DNA from: an uncultured Pseudomonadales bacterium
GTDB lineage: Bacteria > Patescibacteriota > Microgenomatia > UBA1400 > PJMF01
Reading direction: 5' to 3'
DNA: 64,000 bases
Assembly: GCA_964437755.1 (NCBI GenBank)
Contig: CAYTIA010000002.1
Coordinates: forward strand, 34,107-98,106
The notes below the pieces were generated by a model that was not told where the DNA came from, made no database searches, and worked only from the letters and a program-made list of their open reading frames with translations. Shown here one piece after another: positions 57,694 to 64,000 of this stretch. Both the position numbers and the translations under genes were made by a program. The number at the start of each line of letters is the position of its first letter. Position 1 is the first letter of the stretch.

Positions 57694-58374
57694 TTACTCA
57701 ATTGTTTTAGTTTTCTCTAACTTAATCTCACCTCGTTGATTTCTCTCTAGGTTGGAAAAATCAGGTCGGGGTGTATTAACTTTTTTAATAGTGTTTGAGT
57801 TATTTTTTGATGAACTTGAGCCTAACATACTGATAACAGTAATTAATACTACCAGGCCTATCAATCCAATACCGATGTACAGCATAATTTTTGAATCTTT
57901 TCCGCCCATGTTATCAAAAATATTAAATGAGTCATTAAGTTTAGATAGAGGAGTTGTCGGATTAAGTGGATCATAATCTAAACTTGAACCAGTGCCGTCA
58001 GTTGTTTCTGGAGATGATGGTTCTTCGATAACAGGATCATAACCTTTTTGTGATGGATCTTGAGAGGCATCATACCCGGAAGCCATGCCGCCACATGTTT
58101 CATCTTGAGGGTTGGCAGCTAATCTACATCTGCCCTGATAACAAAAATGATTAGCTTGGCAGTTTCTATTGCTAGCACATGCTTGATTACAACCAACAAC
58201 TTGATAGCTTGCTTGAGAAGCCAAGTTTTGAGTTTGGAGTGAAGCCTGGGAAGTAACTACTAAGGCAGACATAAACACGATCATGGCAAAGGCTCCATAA
58301 ACTGCACTTACGGGAATTTCTAGTTTTTGAGCAACTTGAGAAAAAAGATTGTTTTTTTTGGTTGGCGTGTTCAT
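57694..58374 (-). CDS. Two-TM membrane protein with extracellular Cys-rich module
   Basis: 'CNQACASNRNCQANHFCYQGRCRLAANPQDETC' between two TM helices; likely start MNTP at 58374. Confidence 0.7.
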   Translation of the reverse strand: MNTPTKKNNLFSQVAQKLEIPVSAVYGAFAMIVFMSALVVTSQASLQTQNLASQASYQVVGCNQACASNRNCQANHFCYQGRCRLAANPQDETCGGMASGYDASQDPSQKGYDPVIEEPSSPETTDGTGSSLDYDPLNPTTPLSKLNDSFNIFDNMGGKDSKIMLYIGIGLIGLVVLITVISMLGSSSSKNNSNTIKKVNTPRPDFSNLERNQRGEIKLEKTKTIE

Positions 58375-58565
58375 AGGAAAGTAGATGAAGTAAATAAATA
58401 ATTCAACAGATGCGACTAATAAATAGAATACTCGATTTACCCCTGAATAGTCAAGCACTGAGGGTGGTCAATAATCTATTCTGGTCATAGTAATAATATT
58501 ATTTGTTGTATTCATCTTTTAAATAAGTAGTTTATTTCGTATAATTATGATAGTTCTTTAACAGT

Positions 58566-58697
58566 CAAGTGTGGGGGATAACTAAATTTTCCTGAACAGT
58601 TCTCGAAAGGGTTGATGGGTTGTCTGGTCACTCCGTGGAGTTACTAGCGCCCTACCCACCTTCCATTTTGCGGGAACATTGTTGTCTCCCACACTTG
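58566..58697 (+). ncRNA. Candidate rod-shaped structured RNA (6S-like?)
   Basis: 17-bp terminal helix 58566-82/58681-97 with two G-U pairs valid only on the + strand; nested stems inside; TATAAT/TATGAT just upstream. Confidence 0.55.
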
Positions 58698-58775
58698 GTG
58701 GCTAAGGTATTTAGAGTGAGTTACTTATTACGGGTGTTTATCTGTGGTAGAATTCCCATTTGGCTTGGCCTTGGT

Positions 58776-58847
58776 GCCGAAGTAGCTCAGGGGTAGAGCA
58801 CCATCTTGGTAAGATGGTGGCCATGGGTTCGAATCCCATCTTCGGCT
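58776..58847 (+). tRNA. tRNA-Thr (anticodon GGT)
   Basis: GCCGAAG acceptor; CCATC-TTGGTAA-GATGG; TTCGAAT. Confidence 0.96.
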
Positions 58848-58883
58848 CAGAAAAAAATGAAATAACTGGCTTTGGAAATTAAA

Positions 58884-58957
58884 GCCAACGTAGCTCAGCT
58901 GGCTAGAGCAGCGGTTTTGTAAACCGCAGGTCGTGAGTTCGAGTCTCACCGTTGGCT
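58884..58957 (+). tRNA. tRNA-Thr (anticodon TGT)
   Basis: GCCAACG acceptor; GCGGT-TTTGTAA-ACCGC; TTCGAGT. Confidence 0.96.
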
Positions 58958-59039
58958 CATGAAATTTAACAAGAGGGATGGCTGGTTTTGTGTTATAATC
59001 CCATCCTCTCAAGAAAACAAGAAAATATAAAGGAAGAAT

Positions 59040-59243
59040 ATGGCATCAAAGAAAAAAGGTCCAAGACAAACAGTTGGCTTAGTATGTTCTGTTTGCAAAA
59101 AATTTAATTATGTAACTGAGTACAACAAAAATAATGAGGTACTCAAAAAACAAAAAGATGGAGAGGGAACCTTCCCCATTATGAAGTTTTGCCCAAAGTG
59201 CAACAAGCAAACTGAGCACAAGATGGCTAAAAAACTCAAGTAG
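59040..59243 (+). CDS. rpmG: 50S ribosomal protein L33 (Zn-ribbon form)
   Basis: 'LVCSVCKKFNYVT...KFCPKCNKQTEHK'; follows the tRNA-Thr genes. Confidence 0.92.
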   Translation: MASKKKGPRQTVGLVCSVCKKFNYVTEYNKNNEVLKKQKDGEGTFPIMKFCPKCNKQTEHKMAKKLK

Positions 59244-60661
59244 TTGAGTTTTTTCTGGCTGGTTTTATTTTTTTTTATCTCTTCAACCGTTTTGATAATA
59301 TTATTCGCTCCCTGAGTGAACAGAGCATTGATGTTCAGTGCTGACTTCATGGCTTGTTCAATCCAAGAACTTTTTTGATTATCTTTGGATTTAAGAGATT
59401 CAAGTTGTTTGATGATGTTGTTGGTATTTGCAACCTTTGCCACATCTAATTTGGTAAATATTTTTCTGATGTTGTGTTCCCACTCACCCCACTCTTTGAG
59501 TGTTAATAAAAAACTTCCGCTAGCAATCGCATCGTATGCCATATCTCCAGACGGCTTACTAATAAAACCATCTGCCCAGGGAAAACCAAGATGTATTAAT
59601 AGCTCATTAGCATCAACTATTTGTGGATGATAAATAACGCTCAATTTTTCATTCTTAATTGAGAGAGATGATTTTTGATTGTTGCTAAGTTGTAATAGAT
59701 CTCCGTAAGCTGAAAAGTTAGCTGGATCGTTAGCAACGATTTTGTTGAGTTCAATCTCATGCGATTTAGCCAACTCAATCACCATTTGGTAAATATCTTG
59801 ATGGGTTCCAGCATATACTAATAGTTGATAGGGAGAGGGATTTTTATGCAGTTCTGGCAACAGTTTTTGTAATAACTGCTTAATTTCATTTTTATTGGTT
59901 CCTAATCCACCTGTGGTTATGCATAATTTTAATGGACCATCTTGCCAGATTTGTTTGTTTTGTGCAGAATGTACAATTCTTGGATCAATGGGCGGTCCAG
60001 TCACAATTACTTTACTTTGATCAATTTTTTTGTTCAATAACCTTGCTTTTTCCATAAATTCAAGCTTTGTATTGTTGTCAAAAACTAGAAAAGTCATGTT
60101 TTTTCGCTCAGCTTCGTTCAGGTAATCTTCGCGCACGTGTGGATCGGTGACCATTTGTACAACTTGTTTTCCTTTAGCAGCTAAGATGTTACCTGAGGCA
60201 ATATGGAGAGATAAAATTGGTTGAGAAACGTTTTTGGTAAGTTCGAGTAGGGGCGGAGTAATACTAGCTAAGATTGGAAGTTTGTTGCGTGCAAAACGAT
60301 CAGCAAAATCCTTAAGCATTTTGAGCAAGGGAGTTCTGGCAAGGATTTTTCCAATCATCTCTGTAAAATACACCGAGGATCTATCCTTTAAATTAATATA
60401 GTTGGTTGGATCAACAATCCAGGCTTTTTTTGGATCAATGTTTGTCTGCCAAGCTTCAACCGCCACAGCCAAGGCCATTGAGTAGTGAGCTCTTGAAAAA
60501 ACTACATCTTGAGTAGAGTCAATCTCGGGAAATTGATGATATCCTTTGAGATCTTCAACGTAAGTAGCCGAAACGGTTACTATTGGTAACTTTGTTTTCT
60601 CAAGTAATTGTTTGTCTTTTTTTAGGGTGTGTTTAAGTGATGGGTCAAGAAGTAAAGTCAT
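59108..60661 (-). CDS. GT-B glycosyltransferase-like protein (GT28/MGDG-synthase-like)
   Basis: 'MVTDP', 'VTGPPIDP', 'ITTGGLG', 'ADGFISKPSG...DAIASG', 'EWEHN'. Confidence 0.65.
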   Translation of the reverse strand: MTLLLDPSLKHTLKKDKQLLEKTKLPIVTVSATYVEDLKGYHQFPEIDSTQDVVFSRAHYSMALAVAVEAWQTNIDPKKAWIVDPTNYINLKDRSSVYFTEMIGKILARTPLLKMLKDFADRFARNKLPILASITPPLLELTKNVSQPILSLHIASGNILAAKGKQVVQMVTDPHVREDYLNEAERKNMTFLVFDNNTKLEFMEKARLLNKKIDQSKVIVTGPPIDPRIVHSAQNKQIWQDGPLKLCITTGGLGTNKNEIKQLLQKLLPELHKNPSPYQLLVYAGTHQDIYQMVIELAKSHEIELNKIVANDPANFSAYGDLLQLSNNQKSSLSIKNEKLSVIYHPQIVDANELLIHLGFPWADGFISKPSGDMAYDAIASGSFLLTLKEWGEWEHNIRKIFTKLDVAKVANTNNIIKQLESLKSKDNQKSSWIEQAMKSALNINALFTQGANNIIKTVEEIKKNKTSQKKLNYLSFLAILCSVCLLHFGQNFIMGKVPSPSFCFLSTSLFLLYSVT

Positions 60662-60798
60662 GTGTTGGCTAATGATTAATAGTAAAAGATGAATATAAGT
60701 CTAAACTAGAGAAGATAAAAATACAATTATTCGAAAATATTTTTATATCTTGAATTGAGAGATTTTCAAGATAGTTATGATAGAATAAACGTTTGAAA

Positions 60799-60870
60799 AG
60801 GGCGGTGATGTTAATGGTAGCATGGAGGTCTCCAAAACCTCTCGTGAGGGTTCAAATCCTTCCCGCCCTG
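60799..60870 (+). tRNA. tRNA-Trp (anticodon CCA)
   Basis: AGGGCGG/CCGCCCT acceptor; GAGGT-CTCCAAA-ACCTC; TTCAAAT T-loop. Confidence 0.95.
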
Positions 60871-61132
60871 CAAAGCTTTTTCTATCTTAAGTTTACTTTT
60901 TTTAATACAAACTTTCTTCATAATCTGGATTATTTGTACTTGAGATCACCATCATGGTATTATTGATTAGCATTAATAATAAATGGAGTATGATCCAAAC
61001 CAGGATAGACAAGAAAACATTGATAGACAAAACTCAACAGAATTTCAAATTAAAACCGACACTAAAGGTCAGCTTTTTAAAAAATAGTTTATTAAATAAT
61101 TAAACTGGTGTCGTTTTTAGTATAATTTTTCT

Positions 61133-61885
61133 ATGACAGAACAAGAAGCTCATGCAGATACAGTAACCCTTAATGAACAAGCTCAGAATAGATTGGCAGC
61201 TTTGAAGTTGGTTTATCCAGAAAAAAATTTTCAATTAATTGATGGTACTGGTGGAAGTGATGGAATGATTTTCGTTGAAGAAGGAAAGCCAGACGTGGTT
61301 TATAAAGTTACTCAAGGATGGCGCTTACTTTATGGTGAGGCCGAAGCCAGAGCTCTTTATTTAATGGCTCAACAAGGTATTGCTCCAACCTTTGTTGAAT
61401 ATATTCCCGCAGATTCAAGACAAGATACATATTATGACCGTTATCCTGACTCAAGGGGTCAAGATGAACATAGTTTAAAACCATTTTTAGAGTATTACTT
61501 TGGTGATGATTTTATGATGAGAACAGAATTTCAAGCCCAGGGACTAGAGCATAGCATTTTGGTTATGGGAAGAGTAAATTTTCAACAAGAAGAAAGTATT
61601 AATATTGATATAAAAGAAAAGATCCAGGAAATGCTTAGATTGGCCAAAGAGGTAATAGCGCTCAAACTTAGTTTGAATGATACTGAGCTTCAATTTGATT
61701 ATCCAACTAGACGTTACTTATTTTTAGATTGCGGAGGAGTTAAAGTCGCAAAAAAGGTGGATACGAAATATATATTAGAGACACTTTTATGGATTGCTGA
61801 TCACATAGCCGGTAATGTGGCTGAAAAAAATGAATTGGAAAAAATAGCTTTTCGGGTAGTTGAAGGTTCGGTACAACTAATGTAA
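61133..61885 (+). CDS. Protein-kinase-like fold protein
   Basis: Gly loop 'GTGGSDGMIF', 'VVYKVT', 'EAEARAL', 'ILVM', 'LND', 'FLDCG'. Confidence 0.6.
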   Translation: MTEQEAHADTVTLNEQAQNRLAALKLVYPEKNFQLIDGTGGSDGMIFVEEGKPDVVYKVTQGWRLLYGEAEARALYLMAQQGIAPTFVEYIPADSRQDTYYDRYPDSRGQDEHSLKPFLEYYFGDDFMMRTEFQAQGLEHSILVMGRVNFQQEESINIDIKEKIQEMLRLAKEVIALKLSLNDTELQFDYPTRRYLFLDCGGVKVAKKVDTKYILETLLWIADHIAGNVAEKNELEKIAFRVVEGSVQLM

Positions 61886-61893
61886 TTAGTTAT

Positions 61894-62139
61894 ATGACGC
61901 CAGAACAATTAAGAGAGATATGTAATAAGCTTGGCCCTGGTATCGATCTTGCAGTTGTATTATCGGATCGAGTAGTAATGCATGCAAGACCAGATCAGAT
62001 GACTAAGATTATGGAGGTAGCAATAGCAGCTGGTCCAGAAGTAGCCGCAGAATTGCAATATTATTTAGAGACTGCGGCTCAAGATGCCGATGTATGGAAG
62101 TCAGCTAGAATAGGTGAGGTTTGGGAAGAAAATAGATAG
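61894..62139 (+). CDS. Small hypothetical protein
   Basis: 81-aa ORF 8 nt downstream of the kinase-like gene. Confidence 0.55.
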   Translation: MTPEQLREICNKLGPGIDLAVVLSDRVVMHARPDQMTKIMEVAIAAGPEVAAELQYYLETAAQDADVWKSARIGEVWEENR

Positions 62140-62162
62140 GTTCTAACGTCTTTTACTAGATC

Positions 62163-62963
62163 ATGCAAATAATTATTCTATTTCACAATATGCTAAAAAA
62201 TAAGACTTTTATCAAAATTTCAACATTATTAAGTTTTTTAGTGATGATATTAATTAATGCCTTGGCCAATATTCTGCCAATCAACAGCATCACAACGGGA
62301 GAAATATCTGACGCCTATCCCAATCTATTTGCTCCAGCTGGAATTACTTTTTCAATTTGGGGTTTGATCTATTTTTCACTGGCAGTTTATGTGTTTTATC
62401 AATTTTTACCAAAAAGTAAAAAAATTGTAACTTTAATTAATAAAATAAATATTTATTTTATTTTATCTTCTATAGCCAATACTGCTTGGATATTTCTTTG
62501 GCATTACCAAATGATTGGTTTCTCAGTGTTTTTGATGCTGGTGATTTTATACTCCCTAATAAAAATCTCTTCCTTAACAAATCAAGGTGATTTAAGTAAA
62601 AAAGACAAATTGTATACAAAGATTCCCTTTGGTCTTTATTTTGGTTGGATTACTATTGCTACCATTGCCAACATCACCACTTTCTTAGTGAGCATCGGTT
62701 GGCAGAACTTTATTCTTTCTGATCAAGTATGGACAATGATTATTTTATTGGTTGGAATGGTGATTGCATCGATAACAACAATTAAAGAAAGAAATTTATT
62801 TTATGGTTTGGTGCCAATTTGGGCATATTTCGGAATTTATCTAAAACATACTTCAGCCTCTTACTTTAACAATAATTATCCAAGCGTAGTGGTAATAGTC
62901 ATTATTTGCATTGCGATTTTTATTGGAGTAGACGGATATTTATTGGCGAAGAAGAGTATTTAG
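62163..62963 (+). CDS. Tryptophan-rich sensory (TspO-like) polytopic membrane protein
   Basis: 'NALANILPIN', 'FAPAGITFSIWGLIY', 'NTAWIFLWHY', 'LYFGWITIATIAN'. Confidence 0.8.
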   Translation: MQIIILFHNMLKNKTFIKISTLLSFLVMILINALANILPINSITTGEISDAYPNLFAPAGITFSIWGLIYFSLAVYVFYQFLPKSKKIVTLINKINIYFILSSIANTAWIFLWHYQMIGFSVFLMLVILYSLIKISSLTNQGDLSKKDKLYTKIPFGLYFGWITIATIANITTFLVSIGWQNFILSDQVWTMIILLVGMVIASITTIKERNLFYGLVPIWAYFGIYLKHTSASYFNNNYPSVVVIVIICIAIFIGVDGYLLAKKSI

Positions 62964-63056
62964 TTGCTGGATGTGGGTTATTAAATTAATTAGAATTTTT
63001 TTTAACAATCCTTACATTTTATTAATAAGCCTTAATTTTTTTAAAAGAATTATATT

Positions 63057-64000
63057 ATGGGTTCAGAAACCTGCGGAAGCAATTCGTTTAGAAAATCTGC
63101 AAGTATAAGAGTCATTACTGGGCAAACGCCCGATCCATTTGACTCTCTTGCTTATAATAGTTCGGGTAGTAGATATGTTTCTCCAGAATCAAATCACACT
63201 CATGAAGCAGGAAAAGAAAAAGATTTGATAATTATTGACACAGAAAGTTTAAAAGCACAACTATTTTTATCTATTTTTCGAGTTTTTGAAAAAAAATTTG
63301 TTTTTAGTCCAACATTATTTACAGATGGAGAGAGAAAGGTTCTTGATGAGCTGGGAGTTGAGATGTTAAGGTATGATAAAAATCATTTTGTTGTTATTAG
63401 TTTTGGGGATTTAAATTTAGTAGAAATATTAAAGCAAGTAAAAGATGTACATTTTAGAATTAAGCTCAAAAATGGTTTTGAAAACAAGCTTCCCTTTTCA
63501 ATAAATATGGGCGGTGAGGAAGAGAGAGTCTGGCAACTAGCTCAAGAATTAGCTAGAAAACTCTCGAGTGAGATTCGTTCAATGTCTCCAGATGAACTAG
63601 AAGCTCAAATTAAAAAATTTGTCCTTAGTCATGAGTTAGAACACATGAGACATCACCTCTCTTGTTCAAAAGGAGTATCTATAGAGGAAGTATATAAATA
63701 CCTGAGAAGTCTTGAATTGGGTTTAGCTACAAAAAGAGAAGAATTGAGCGACAGTGAAGAGCTAGATATCTTGGATCAAAAGATTGGTGAATTAAAATTA
63801 CTAGTAGTAAGGTTAAGTGTTTATAGCGAAGCATTGTCAATTTTATCTGAATTTTCCTATCACGTAACAGAAGCAAATTATAAATTACAAGTATTGCCAA
63901 TTTTATTTCGTATTTTGAGGTTTTTTTGTTCTTTTAAAGAAAAAAACAGCGGAGAAATATTTACCTCTCTTTTAAATTACGATTTTGAAGATCAACCAAT
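63057..64000 (+). CDS. Hypothetical HExxH metallopeptidase-like protein, running off the window end
   Basis: Open frame from ATG 63057 (MGSETCGS...) to the window edge; in-frame 'FVLSHELEHMRH' near 63620-63655; not in the ORF track because it has no stop. Confidence 0.6.
   Translation, partial: MGSETCGSNSFRKSASIRVITGQTPDPFDSLAYNSSGSRYVSPESNHTHEAGKEKDLIIIDTESLKAQLFLSIFRVFEKKFVFSPTLFTDGERKVLDELGVEMLRYDKNHFVVISFGDLNLVEILKQVKDVHFRIKLKNGFENKLPFSINMGGEEERVWQLAQELARKLSSEIRSMSPDELEAQIKKFVLSHELEHMRHHLSCSKGVSIEEVYKYLRSLELGLATKREELSDSEELDILDQKIGELKLLVVRLSVYSEALSILSEFSYHVTEANYKLQVLPILFRILRFFCSFKEKNSGEIFTSLLNYDFEDQP

Noticed and set aside
58728-59012. 94-aa minus-strand ORF
   Set aside because: Antisense translation of the two tRNA-Thr genes
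1-64000. Alternative genetic code (UGA = Gly, code 25)
   Set aside because: Core genes are uninterrupted under code 11, and TGA ends genes at sensible positions (vapC, leader peptide)
1-64000. CRISPR array, prophage or IS element
   Set aside because: No regularly spaced repeats, cas, integrase, transposase or phage structural genes recognised

Overview
AT-rich, gene-dense bacterial chromosome segment using the standard genetic code. The gene mix points to a Patescibacteria/CPR organism, most likely Microgenomates (inference): L1 with a Lys-rich N-terminal extension, a split ComEC, sortase, PEGA and TMTC-like proteins, and many orphan ORFs. Housekeeping genes are leuS, ndk, thrS, secE-nusG-rplK-rplA, rplJ-rplL, rpmG and five tRNAs (Arg-CCT, Pro-CGG, Thr-GGT, Thr-TGT, Trp-CCA). 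The window also has comEA/comEC, a murL-murD pair, a divergent MreB, a VapBC-type toxin-antitoxin pair and a sortase with an adjacent QPKTG substrate. The most notable observations are: (1) an unannotated Thr5 leader peptide with a complete attenuator in front of thrS; (2) a six-gene surface cluster containing two [WxL/pilin-like subunit + membrane-anchored DUF916/chaperone-like Ig protein] pairs; (3) a ~130-nt rod-shaped ncRNA candidate upstream of the tRNA-Thr pair; (4) two paralogous small proteins, each translationally coupled to an orphan with a GNAT-like fold; (5) scattered orphans with effector-like motifs (Fic, HPD/J-domain, kinase, HExxH), many inside a ~17.6 kb interval separating rplA from rplJ. 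All domain calls come from motif recognition by eye; no database searches were run.
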